The translations under genes were made by a program, and so were the position numbers. From positions 1 through 36,616 of the forward strand of contig DAHXLI010000028.1 of NCBI GenBank assembly GCA_027366075.1: a stretch of 36,616 nucleotides of DNA. The letters run 5' to 3'. This stretch comes from Candidatus Parvarchaeota archaeon (GTDB taxonomy: Archaea; Nanobdellota; Nanobdellia; Parvarchaeales; Parvarchaeaceae). Under the pieces are notes generated by a model. The model ran no database searches. It saw only the letters and a program-made list of their open reading frames with translations, and had not been told where the DNA came from. Of this stretch, positions 17,955 to 26,984 are shown piece after piece; within the stretch, counting starts at the first letter, position 1; each line of letters starts with the position of its first letter.

Positions 17955-18026
17955 AGCCTTGGACGGGGATTGGACCCGTGACCCCCTGATTACGAGTCAG
18001 GTACTCTACCACTGAGCTACCAAGGC
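17955..18026 (-). tRNA. tRNA-Thr(CGU)
   Basis: GCCTTGG acceptor pairs with CCAAGGC. TAGCTCAGTGGTAGAG D arm. CCTGA-CTCGTAA-TCAGG anticodon arm. T loop reads TCCAATC. No encoded CCA. Confidence 0.93.
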
Positions 18027-18197
18027 TCACTTGAAATCTACAGGGCTACTGTTCACTGCCCTCAAGTATGAGCTTTCGCTTACTATATGTTTTTTAACAT
18101 CGACGGTCTTACCGCAGGAAAAGCATTTTATGGATTTAAGCGAACTGGTCCTTCTGTACTTGCCACAATTTGGACACCTTATTATGTAGCCGATCAT
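18027..18197 (-). CDS. Small Zn-ribbon protein (56 aa, DUF1922-like); not in ORF track
   Basis: Hand translation: MIGYIIRCPNCGKYRRTSSLKSIKCFSCGKTVDVKKHIV...DFK*. Two CxxCG knuckles. Starts 1 nt after the MinD stop. Confidence 0.78.
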   Translation of the reverse strand: MIGYIIRCPNCGKYRRTSSLKSIKCFSCGKTVDVKKHIVSESSYLRAVNSSPVDFK

Positions 18198-18198
18198 G

Positions 18199-18924
18199 TC
18201 ATCTCCAGCCGGTCAGATCTCTTGCAAGTTCCAAGAATGCTTTAGACGCCGGGCTTTTCGGGTTTTGCCAGACTATGGGTATCCCCTTTTTAAGAGCCTC
18301 GAATACGTTCATATCTTCCGGGATCTTCCAGACGTTTCTGGCTTCGACCACCCTACTTACTTCGCTATCGCTCATATGTCCGCTTATCTTTTTATTTACG
18401 CGGTTTAACACGATCCCTATCACCCCAACGCCAGCGGCAATGCTTTCTTCGTTGAGTTTCTTTGCCTCTATCATAGAAGCTATCTCTGGCATAGAAACAA
18501 TCAAAGTGGTGGCGTTCTTCATCATTTTTACGAAGTCTAATCCAGCAGAGGGCTTTGAATCCAGCACCACAAAGTCGTAGTCGTTGGTTATCCTGCCGAC
18601 ATGATGAAAAAGATTTATTATTTTGTATTGTGCATTTCCATCACCCTTGTTCTTGAAGACCCTAGACGGTAGTATGTGAAGATTTGGGTTTCCCGTCTTG
18701 TATATCGCTTCGTTTATCGGAACCCTTCCGTTTAATACGTCTTCGAGCGAGTTCTTGTAGCCTACGAAGCCGTAATATATAGCTACATGCGGAGTATCCA
18801 AGTTTGCGTCAATGATAAGCACCCGCTTTCCCATGGTCGCCAGAGCTGCAGCTAGGTTTACAGACACGGTAGTTTTACCGACCCCGCCCTTTGGGCTCAT
18901 CACGACTATTACGTTTGACGCCAT
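18199..18924 (-). CDS. MinD/ParA family ATPase
   Basis: Deviant Walker A SPKGGVGKTT, LIIDAN, VVLDS, GIVLNRV, IPED. The ATG at 18924 is preferred. Confidence 0.9.
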   Translation of the reverse strand: MASNVIVVMSPKGGVGKTTVSVNLAAALATMGKRVLIIDANLDTPHVAIYYGFVGYKNSLEDVLNGRVPINEAIYKTGNPNLHILPSRVFKNKGDGNAQYKIINLFHHVGRITNDYDFVVLDSKPSAGLDFVKMMKNATTLIVSMPEIASMIEAKKLNEESIAAGVGVIGIVLNRVNKKISGHMSDSEVSRVVEARNVWKIPEDMNVFEALKKGIPIVWQNPKSPASKAFLELARDLTGWR

Positions 18925-18988
18925 ACTATAACTTATACCCAAAGCAATAAAAATCTTGCTTAAATATATATCTGGCTTAGAAAACTAA

Positions 18989-19513
18989 ATGCAGCTAGAA
19001 ACGCAAAAATGCCACATTTGCGGTAGGGAATCCGAGTTTTATTCCGAATACCTGAAACAACCGCTCTGCAAGAAGCATCTGGAGCGGATGCTTACAAAAA
19101 GGATAAGAAGTGCTTTGATCTCAAAGGATTACAAGCAGAGAAAATTTAAATTGTCCCCAGACGGCTCAGACGCCTACAAAATGGAAAAATTCGTGTTTAG
19201 AGTGGATAAGAAGAGCGGCGTCCTGCTCACGAATCTTACCATGGAGGACTTCGCATTATCGGTATTGGATTATTTTTTGACCGGCAAAAAACCGAAGCAA
19301 AAGATAGGCGCCAAGACTTTTTTTAACCCGCTTTACACGACATCGAACGAAGAGATCACCGCTTTTCTTGAGTCCAAAGGCGAAAAGACGAAGCCAAAGA
19401 AGCTTACCAAAAGGCAGAGATACCTCACGGATTTTATGAAAGACATAGAGAAAAGACGTCCCGGCGGGATGCTTTCAATCGTTAAAATGGGGGAGAAAAT
19501 AGGGATAATCTGA
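18989..19513 (+). CDS. Degenerate TtuA/NcsA(Ncs6)-like protein lacking the PP-loop
   Basis: N-terminal CxxC...LCxxH Zn finger. C-terminal PLY..SNEEI..F and IEKRRPG..SIVK resemble TtuA. No SGGKDS. Confidence 0.55.
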   Translation: MQLETQKCHICGRESEFYSEYLKQPLCKKHLERMLTKRIRSALISKDYKQRKFKLSPDGSDAYKMEKFVFRVDKKSGVLLTNLTMEDFALSVLDYFLTGKKPKQKIGAKTFFNPLYTTSNEEITAFLESKGEKTKPKKLTKRQRYLTDFMKDIEKRRPGGMLSIVKMGEKIGII

Positions 19514-19514
19514 T

Positions 19515-19763
19515 TTATTTTATTCGTGTGTAATATTTTTTTTCGGTAAACCTTCCCCAACTGAATTTACCTTCTTCGGTCACTTTGCTCACTGAGATTT
19601 CGCCTTTCTTAAGCGCGAGATAAAGATAGTGATACACTAGGCGCTTCGAAATATTTTGGTGCGTGTCTTTTAGCAGGCCAAAGACCTGATAACCAGTTAA
19701 TTTTCTGTCGCTCAAAGAATTTATTATGTCGGAAAGCAGTTCCTCATTTATCTTTTTTACCAT
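19515..19763 (-). CDS. Small winged-helix-like protein
   Basis: LTGYQVF...ISKRLVYHYLYLALKKGEI...KYY wHTH pattern. Confidence 0.6.
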   Translation of the reverse strand: MVKKINEELLSDIINSLSDRKLTGYQVFGLLKDTHQNISKRLVYHYLYLALKKGEISVSKVTEEGKFSWGRFTEKKYYTRIK

Positions 19764-19768
19764 GTGAT

Positions 19769-20329
19769 CTATTGACAGGCCGGGGCGACGTCGTTTATTG
19801 ACATGCAGGCATACTGCAACAACTGCTGTTCAGCCGTCGGCTCACTATCAAAGCCCCCTATTTTATAGTATTGGGCGTACGCTCCGCCAATAAAGACAAA
19901 AGGGACTTTTCCTTGGGCCAGTGAAGCGAATACGCTTTCTGAGCCCGGCGGCGCCATAACATCGCTCGCGTTTGTATTGTAAGCGGTTATATTGAATGCA
20001 TAAGCGCAGAAGTATGAGCTGTAAAAAGTCCCATTAGCAGCGGACCCAGATATAGCGAACTTTGATGTCACGTTCGTGAAAGCACTTAGCTCGGTCGCGC
20101 AACTTTGGCAGTTATCCGCATAAAAGAATATCATCGTCGACTTATTGGCGGTGCAAAGGCTGGAGTTAGATACCGTCACGCCGGAGGCTATAGGGGATGT
20201 CTGCTTGAACGAGTAAAAACTATTTAACGAATCGATCTCATATAGAAGCACGAAACTCAGGATAGTAAACCCCACGAGTACTGCTATGTATACATACTTG
20301 TATTTTTTAAGAGACTTAACGCTGTGCAT
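19769..20329 (-). CDS. Membrane-anchored thioredoxin-fold protein (CQSC)
   Basis: N-terminal TM helix, MIFFYADNCQSC, cis-Pro-like VPFVFIGG. Confidence 0.75.
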   Translation of the reverse strand: MHSVKSLKKYKYVYIAVLVGFTILSFVLLYEIDSLNSFYSFKQTSPIASGVTVSNSSLCTANKSTMIFFYADNCQSCATELSAFTNVTSKFAISGSAANGTFYSSYFCAYAFNITAYNTNASDVMAPPGSESVFASLAQGKVPFVFIGGAYAQYYKIGGFDSEPTAEQQLLQYACMSINDVAPACQ

Positions 20330-21245
20330 AAAATGAGATATTCAGAGTGTTTAGTTCGCTTTGCTTACACGAGTTACTGCTGTCGTTTATACAGATATTT
20401 GTCACGTCTGCGCCAAGCCCGGTATATATATTGTAATATGTTTGTGTAGCGAAGTTGCTGAGGCTTGATATCAGATTAAAGACGACCAGGGAACTATTGC
20501 ACGTGGCTCTCAGCGGATAATAATATATCTCGTACTGGAACGGGACAGGCAGATAAATCGGATCGGTTTCTACGGTACCGTTTTTTAGATCCAATATGTA
20601 TTCAGGTATTTGTTCCAGCTTTATCAGCGACTTTACCATTGAAGACTGGAGGCTTTCGTTCGTAGAGTTCAAAACGGATATATCATAGTATAAGGGCCCG
20701 AAGAAAGTAGAATTAGCTTCCGCCCCCGGGATGGATTTTACGGAATTATAAGCTCTATACAGTGTAGATGCCGTTGAGTTGTAAAGCGAGTAAGCCGTCG
20801 AATAATTCATAAATTTCATGGTAAAATTGTAGATGACGCCGGTTATGGTCGTACAGCCTGGTAAACCCGGGTCTATGACACATAAAGTGTACTTGCCGAC
20901 ATCAGTGGTTATGTTTGTGTATTCCTTGTATGCAGTAAAGTTCTCCAACGCCACCAACGGCGGTATGTTGTAGTAAGAGGGTTCTACGCCGTAATTGCAG
21001 TTTATAATCATCTCGTTATTGGCCGGCACCTGATAATAGGCTGAAAGCGAGGTGTTGCTATCGAAACCGTACTTGCCAAGAAAACCTAGTAGCGCAGCCT
21101 GGTTGGCTTGCACAACTCTGCCTACAGACTGGTTCGTGTTAGAGCCGGTAATTGTGTTAAAAGTCGGATAACTGTATATTATTACAGTAAACACGGCGGC
21201 GAATATAAGCACCGCCGCAAGCAGTGCGGTAGTGTTTCTATTCAT
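20316..21245 (-). CDS. Secreted or membrane-anchored hypothetical protein
   Basis: N-terminal hydrophobic signal, N/Y/S/T-rich, 6 Cys. Confidence 0.75.
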   Translation of the reverse strand: MNRNTTALLAAVLIFAAVFTVIIYSYPTFNTITGSNTNQSVGRVVQANQAALLGFLGKYGFDSNTSLSAYYQVPANNEMIINCNYGVEPSYYNIPPLVALENFTAYKEYTNITTDVGKYTLCVIDPGLPGCTTITGVIYNFTMKFMNYSTAYSLYNSTASTLYRAYNSVKSIPGAEANSTFFGPLYYDISVLNSTNESLQSSMVKSLIKLEQIPEYILDLKNGTVETDPIYLPVPFQYEIYYYPLRATCNSSLVVFNLISSLSNFATQTYYNIYTGLGADVTNICINDSSNSCKQSELNTLNISFYAQR

Positions 21246-22036
21246 AACTTCTTCGTTTCGCGTATTTCTTTTGCCAGTAAGTCCGGGTTGATGGTCGCTA
21301 TTTTGATTTCTAATAAGTCATATGGGTTTGCTTTGCCGCCCAAAAACTTCAACTTAAAATGTCCCCCAGCATTTTGCGAGATTGCCCAGGTCGCTTCCTT
21401 CTCGTGGATGCCCGAGAGTTTTTTGACTACCCCGGCAAGGTCAAACAAAAGCATAGGATCGCATTGGCCGAACCCGATATGCCTTTTTGGGGCGACTACT
21501 ATCTCAAAATCAGATCTTGGCGCGAATGGGACGTAGACCAGGAAATTTTCCGTGCTGTAGATCTCTCTATTGCTGGCATTCTTCAAGGATTCGCATTCAA
21601 AGCAGCCTTTGGTTTCTTTTCGCGGGATCGGGAGCAACAATAGGTCGAAATACCCGTGCTCTTCCTGCGTTCTAGTTATCATCATATTCTGCCCAAGTTT
21701 GTATTTGTCAAGCGAATTTATCCGGTCCTCTAATATTGATAGGAGCTGTTCTATTTCCTCTACCGTGAAAGTCTTTGATTTGTTCTCGTGATTGTCGCTG
21801 TCTACGATGACTTCTTCGTATCCGTCCGCAAGCGAACTTTTAAAAAATTCACCGCTCAACTCGTATTTTGACGGCTGTACATCGTCTTTTATTTCGTACA
21901 CTTTTACGCGCCCGCGCATAAATGGCGCCGAAGCGATGTCGTTTCCTTTGCCCTTGCAAGCCTTGCACCCTTCCGACCTGTTTGTGATGAGCGTAAATGA
22001 AAGTGATTCTGGGTCCAGTCTAAACTCATTTACCAT
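21242..22036 (-). CDS. GalT-like (HIT superfamily) protein with a degenerate active site
   Basis: EFRLDP, GYEEVIVDSDNH, CFEC, VPFAPRSDFEIVVAPKRH. HGYFD stands where HPHxQ is expected. Confidence 0.7.
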   Translation of the reverse strand: MVNEFRLDPESLSFTLITNRSEGCKACKGKGNDIASAPFMRGRVKVYEIKDDVQPSKYELSGEFFKSSLADGYEEVIVDSDNHENKSKTFTVEEIEQLLSILEDRINSLDKYKLGQNMMITRTQEEHGYFDLLLLPIPRKETKGCFECESLKNASNREIYSTENFLVYVPFAPRSDFEIVVAPKRHIGFGQCDPMLLFDLAGVVKKLSGIHEKEATWAISQNAGGHFKLKFLGGKANPYDLLEIKIATINPDLLAKEIRETKKL

Positions 22037-22037
22037 A

Positions 22038-23621
22038 CTAAGCCGTCCCTTTTATTTTACCGATTATCTCGGCATAAGCCGGCCTTGTTATCAAAAGACC
22101 TATCAGCGAAGCGAGTATAGTCGTCAACGCGAAGCCGGTGAAAAGGCTCGCCGTGGAGAAAAGCAGCGGGAACATTATCGCGGCGAAAGAGAAGAACGAT
22201 ACAAATATTATGAAGAAAGCCCTTTTTACCCTTTTCTTGACCGCGGTATATTCCAATTGCGATGAACCCCGTATTATCTCATCGGTTATTATTATCTGGT
22301 CGTCGACAGATATACCTATGCTCGCTATGATCCCGGCTATGCTCGGGATGTCGAGGGTCCAGTGTATGAGTGCGGCCACGCCGATCACGACGACTATCTC
22401 GGCTACGCTCGTGGCCAATATGAGCGAGGAGATCCTGTAGTCTTTATATCGCAGGAAGACGACCAGAGCCACCGCTACGAAAGCGGCAAAAAGCAGGATA
22501 TATATCTCGCCTATGAACTGCGAGCCCGTAGTCGACGAGACCGACCGGATGGATATGACTTTTATCGGCGTAGGCAGGCTACCGCTTTCGAACACGGATT
22601 GCAGAGTTTTCATCTGTGTGAGGGCCTGCTGGTAGGATGAGGCGGACCCGCTTATGGTTATGGTCTGTGCCGCCTGCCCTTTAAGGTTAGAAGATATGGA
22701 CAAAGACGATATCTGCTTGCTATTTAGATAAAGCACTATCGGCTTGCTAAGATACGTCCCGCTTACCGAAAGGTTCTTAGTCGCGGCCGCAAAGTTTGCT
22801 GCGGCTTGCTTAGTCAGTTGGATCCCAAAGTTAAACGTGTACGAGCCGCTGCTCAACGTAGGCAGGGTTTCTCCGCCGTAAGGGCAGCTGGAAGTAAGAC
22901 ACACGGTCACTATGCCTTCGCTTTTATTTGTGCTATTGAATACTGTATAGTTGCCGATGGTAGCGTAGAATATCCCCTGGCTTTGTATCAGTGAAAGGGC
23001 CTGGCTCTCCCCGACGTTCGGCATGCTGATCTCTATGTAGGAGCCCTGCGAAAGTGTCTGTATCACGCTCACGGATATGCCGCTCAGCCCGAACGTGTTA
23101 AGCCGCGTCTGGAGTACGGTATCCAAATTGCTTATCACAGTGCTGTTCGCAGGCCGGGTCGAGTTCGGTACGACGGTTATCTGCGTGCCGCCGATTATGT
23201 CCAGGCCGTAGCTAAGCGAAGTCGAAGGCACGTCTTCCGTCTGTATAAAACTGGAATTTAGCGGGGCGGTTTTTGTGATCGGTATAGTGACGCTGGCCGT
23301 CGTGTAAATATATGGGAATAGTTCGTTTTCATAAGTTATGGTCAACGTGGCGTTTATCTTTGCCGTCTGATTGAGCGTAGAGTAAAATTGTTGCGCGCTG
23401 CCGATATGGACGCCGTTTATCGAAGTGATTATCGAACCGGTAGTCAGCGTAGTCGACCCTATCGCGCTTAAGTTGCCAAGGTAAGAATCCGTAGACAGGT
23501 AGATCACCTGGGCACCCGTCACATTAAGTATGTTGGGCTGTATCGCAAGGAAAGCCACGACTATCGCCAAAAGCATTATTATGACCCTCCAATCCTTTAA
23601 AAGCGACCCGACGTTGTTCAT
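22038..23621 (-). CDS. secD: Protein translocase subunit SecD
   Basis: YGLDIIGGT, RLNTFGLS, SGSLP, LDIPSIAGIIASIGISVDDQIIITDE, GFALTT, ITRPAY. Confidence 0.95.
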   Translation of the reverse strand: MNNVGSLLKDWRVIIMLLAIVVAFLAIQPNILNVTGAQVIYLSTDSYLGNLSAIGSTTLTTGSIITSINGVHIGSAQQFYSTLNQTAKINATLTITYENELFPYIYTTASVTIPITKTAPLNSSFIQTEDVPSTSLSYGLDIIGGTQITVVPNSTRPANSTVISNLDTVLQTRLNTFGLSGISVSVIQTLSQGSYIEISMPNVGESQALSLIQSQGIFYATIGNYTVFNSTNKSEGIVTVCLTSSCPYGGETLPTLSSGSYTFNFGIQLTKQAAANFAAATKNLSVSGTYLSKPIVLYLNSKQISSLSISSNLKGQAAQTITISGSASSYQQALTQMKTLQSVFESGSLPTPIKVISIRSVSSTTGSQFIGEIYILLFAAFVAVALVVFLRYKDYRISSLILATSVAEIVVVIGVAALIHWTLDIPSIAGIIASIGISVDDQIIITDEIIRGSSQLEYTAVKKRVKRAFFIIFVSFFSFAAIMFPLLFSTASLFTGFALTTILASLIGLLITRPAYAEIIGKIKGTA

Positions 23622-24568
23622 ACGATTTTAGCCGGCCCGGTCTTTGGGGCTTCTTCCTCCTCGTAGCCTATCCCCGAAAGCTGGACGGAGCCGTTGAGTA
23701 TCCATACGGTGAAGTCGTCGAATATGACTCCGAATATCAGTATTATCGCTATATTCTGGATAGTCGTGTTGGTGGTGCCGAAGAAAAGCACTATGAAGGT
23801 TATCAACGCGGCGGCGTCCATAGTAAGCGAAGTCTTTATGGTGTGGATAAGCCTGTATTTCATGCTGGCTTCACTCCTTTTTAAAATGTTCGTAGCCAGG
23901 ATTATATTCCTGTCAGCGGAGTAACCCATTATCATCAGTATGCCGGCTATCGAAGCCAGGGAGAAGCTTATACCGAGGATATCGAGCACGCCTACGACGT
24001 TTATTATGTCACTGACTATGCTGATGACGTTTGAAAAGGCCTGCGAAGGGTTCCTGAAATAGAAAAGCGATACTACGGCGACGAGGACGAAGGCTACCCC
24101 CAAAAGCATAAGCGAATCGTACAATGAGCCCTGGGCCAGTTGTGAGCTAACGTAGTCTACGTTCGAGTTTGCGGCCGTCATCTTTATTCCGAAGGCGGTG
24201 GCCACGGCGTTCGTTAGGGCGGTAGCGTTGACCTTTATCCCGGCCGTCATTGAATATCCCGCTATAGCGTTAGAGAACTGCGAGTGAAGCACGGATATCG
24301 ATACTGGCGTGCCCAGCGCCGAAGAAAGATTGGCTGCGAGAAGATTCGGAGATATGCTGATGTTTGTATTCAGCGTAAGCGATATCCCGCCCGCCAACGA
24401 TATGTCCTCGTTTACGAGTTCACCGTGCACATGGTAATAGTAACCGATAGAAGCGGCGAAAAAGATTATAAAAGCGATAGGTATAAAGACCATTTTTTTA
24501 TAGTTTTTTAGATAATAGCCGACTACCCTGTCCATAGTCCCGTTAAGGGTTTTTCTTATTCCTTGCAT
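23618..24568 (-). CDS. secF: Protein translocase subunit SecF
   Basis: DISLAGG, SLASIAGILMIMGYSAD, 6 TM, adjacent to secD. Confidence 0.92.
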   Translation of the reverse strand: MQGIRKTLNGTMDRVVGYYLKNYKKMVFIPIAFIIFFAASIGYYYHVHGELVNEDISLAGGISLTLNTNISISPNLLAANLSSALGTPVSISVLHSQFSNAIAGYSMTAGIKVNATALTNAVATAFGIKMTAANSNVDYVSSQLAQGSLYDSLMLLGVAFVLVAVVSLFYFRNPSQAFSNVISIVSDIINVVGVLDILGISFSLASIAGILMIMGYSADRNIILATNILKRSEASMKYRLIHTIKTSLTMDAAALITFIVLFFGTTNTTIQNIAIILIFGVIFDDFTVWILNGSVQLSGIGYEEEEAPKTGPAKIV

Positions 24569-24632
24569 AAACGTCTATAAATCCGATGTTTTTCTGATAT
24601 TAAAAAGTTTTAAAGGCTCGGTATAAACCGCC

Positions 24633-25427
24633 TTAAATCTGCGCCAGAGTGCTTACATTATAAAGTTTTTCGAGCTCCGGCAAGCCGAGGCTCCTTATTT
24701 TTCTGTATGCGGCGGTCACTATGGATTTCAACGGCTCCTTGTAATCGTTTCTTATGCTGTACCCCGGGGTAAGGCTGTCGAGCATCATCGAGTTCATTTC
24801 CTGCGGGCAGTATTCATACACGTTTCCCCTTAGGACGTACATGTTGTGGGCTTTTACTTCGCTGCTTTTGGAAATGCCATTGAATCTCCTTTTGAATTCG
24901 TCTGTAAGGTACCGCGTAACGCCGTCATCGAGGCCGCTTGCGTTCATCGCCAGGGAGAACCTCACCTCATCGACATCGTTTAATATCGGGTTTAGCTGCT
25001 TGTTGCGGTATATTTCCTCTACCTTCTTAGTCTTCATCGAGATACTTTCCAAACGCTCCCAGAATTCTACCATGTTTATAGTCTCGACTTCTATCAACTC
25101 ACAGACCCTCTTATTCCCTTCTCTGTAGACGACTGCGACGTCTACCGGCCAGTTTGAGATCCTTTGGCTGCTGGTGCGCCGCCTTTCCAATTTCTTCATG
25201 GCTTTCTTGTTTAGTCTCTTCTTGCCGCTCAGCTTGTATAGCGTCTGCGGGCCGACATATTTTAACGGGAGCTCCATTTCCACGCATTCTACTTCTTTGG
25301 TCTTTTCTATGTAAGTGAAAACGGACAGCTGCATAAGCTTGTGTTTTAATGCCGCGCCGCCGTTCGAGCTGACTAAGTCATCTGAAAGCAGTTCTTCAAG
25401 GTTCGCTTCTTTGCAGCTAGGGGACAT
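24633..25427 (-). CDS. Hypothetical protein, possible PD-(D/E)xK nuclease fold
   Basis: KH...EMELP...PVDVAV...LIEVET motif spacing. Confidence 0.45.
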   Translation of the reverse strand: MSPSCKEANLEELLSDDLVSSNGGAALKHKLMQLSVFTYIEKTKEVECVEMELPLKYVGPQTLYKLSGKKRLNKKAMKKLERRRTSSQRISNWPVDVAVVYREGNKRVCELIEVETINMVEFWERLESISMKTKKVEEIYRNKQLNPILNDVDEVRFSLAMNASGLDDGVTRYLTDEFKRRFNGISKSSEVKAHNMYVLRGNVYEYCPQEMNSMMLDSLTPGYSIRNDYKEPLKSIVTAAYRKIRSLGLPELEKLYNVSTLAQI

Positions 25428-25491
25428 AAACGATCTACCAACAATACTAAATTATGTTTCATATTAATACTATGCTTTTTTAGAATATTCT

Positions 25492-26163
25492 ATGCGTGGG
25501 CAATTCTCCATAGAATTCGTGATAGACGTAAGCTTTGTGCTCATAATCGTGGCATTCCTTATAGTCTTCTTCGCGTCTTTCATAAACACAAATTCGGCCG
25601 CCGTAAGCATGAATAACATATGCGATCAGATATCGCAGGGCATAAACGGCGTCTCGTCTTCCGGCGGGCTTTCTTCGATACAATACGTTTCCCTGACCAA
25701 CGGCACCGCGCGGCAGACCTACAATGTAACGGTATCAGACGGGATAGTAATAATATACCTGCTAAATTCAAATGGCAGATCGTCCGCTTTGATAGCCAAT
25801 ACGAATGTGGTATCGTGCGGCGCGGATACGAGAGCGACTGCAAACGAGACTTTCGGGTTTTCCAACCTCGCGATATACGAGAATTCAAGCAACATAGAAC
25901 TTGCGTATCTATACGGAAATTACTCGGGAAACAGCGCCTATCCTTTGAGCATACGCGGAGGCGGGTTTTCCGGCAACGCAAGCCTTTATCTTGTGTACTC
26001 GAACGGCACCTCGTCCCTGCTTAATGGCACCGAGCCGGGCAAAGGTTTCAGTTATGACAGCATAGCCCTGATACAGACGCTGCCTGCCGGGAGCTATCAG
26101 TTCTACGCGGAAGAAGGACTAGACGGCTCCATACACGTATCCTTGCCGTTTTCTAAAACGTGA
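25492..26163 (+). CDS. Class III signal peptide pilin-like protein
   Basis: MRG/QFSIEF + hydrophobic helix. Confidence 0.8.
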   Translation: MRGQFSIEFVIDVSFVLIIVAFLIVFFASFINTNSAAVSMNNICDQISQGINGVSSSGGLSSIQYVSLTNGTARQTYNVTVSDGIVIIYLLNSNGRSSALIANTNVVSCGADTRATANETFGFSNLAIYENSSNIELAYLYGNYSGNSAYPLSIRGGGFSGNASLYLVYSNGTSSLLNGTEPGKGFSYDSIALIQTLPAGSYQFYAEEGLDGSIHVSLPFSKT

Positions 26164-26236
26164 AGTTTACCCGCTGATTGCAACAGCCCGTTTTTAAAAC
26201 ATAGTCTTTAAATATACTGAAAATAATAACATATCT

Positions 26237-26698
26237 ATGAAAACAAAAGCACAGTCAGCTTTAGAATACATGATGACCTATGGCTGGGCCATATTAATCA
26301 TCGTAATCGTAGCTGCTGTCCTGTATTCGTTGGGTATTTTTAGCCCGTCGAGTAGCGTAGGCACGACTGCAACTGGTTTTTCGCCGTTCACGGTCTTAGC
26401 ACAGACCTGTACACCGCATTACCTTGCATTCCAGTTAGGCAACAACGCGGGGGTTACCGTGACTCTCAAAAATGTGTTTTTAACAACATCTAGTGGGATA
26501 ACGGCATCTACTGCTATACTTGCCGACACCAGTTCCGTTGTAACGGGCGGATCTACAACTGTAAACTTTAGCAGTGGTGAAGCTTGTGTATCGGGCGCGC
26601 GCTATAGTGCAAGTATAACCGTAGCGTACACAGAAAGCAACAATTTGGGTTTGCAGACGCTTAATGCGAGTGGAACACTATCAGGATCAGCAAGCTAA
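26237..26698 (+). CDS. Archaeal type IV pilin (probable major pilin)
   Basis: MKTKA/QSALEYMMTYGWAILIIVIVAAVLYSLGIF. S/T-rich beta domain, 2 Cys. TTTAAATA about 23-30 nt upstream. Confidence 0.88.
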   Translation: MKTKAQSALEYMMTYGWAILIIVIVAAVLYSLGIFSPSSSVGTTATGFSPFTVLAQTCTPHYLAFQLGNNAGVTVTLKNVFLTTSSGITASTAILADTSSVVTGGSTTVNFSSGEACVSGARYSASITVAYTESNNLGLQTLNASGTLSGSAS

Positions 26699-26780
26699 AT
26701 AAAATTTGATTTTTTAGCCTTCGTTTTGAAGGCGCTTTCTTTTTAAGTATTATTTATACTTTGATCTGGCTGATCAATAA

Positions 26781-26984
26781 ATGCCCGAGTTAAATCTAAA
26801 GTGCCCCAAATGCGGTTCAAGTTTCTCCTATAAATTCATCCCTTGGATGAATAAATTAGGCAGCCACATAACGACAAAGGACGGGAAGAAACTGCTGCCA
26901 GACGTACAGTTTTTAGGCAGGAAAAGACTTTTAAGGTGCCCAGTCTGCAGGAAGACTTCCCTTTACGATGTGCATTCAGTTTAA
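26781..26984 (+). CDS. Small Zn-ribbon protein
   Basis: LKCPKCG...LRCPVCRK. Confidence 0.65.
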   Translation: MPELNLKCPKCGSSFSYKFIPWMNKLGSHITTKDGKKLLPDVQFLGRKRLLRCPVCRKTSLYDVHSV

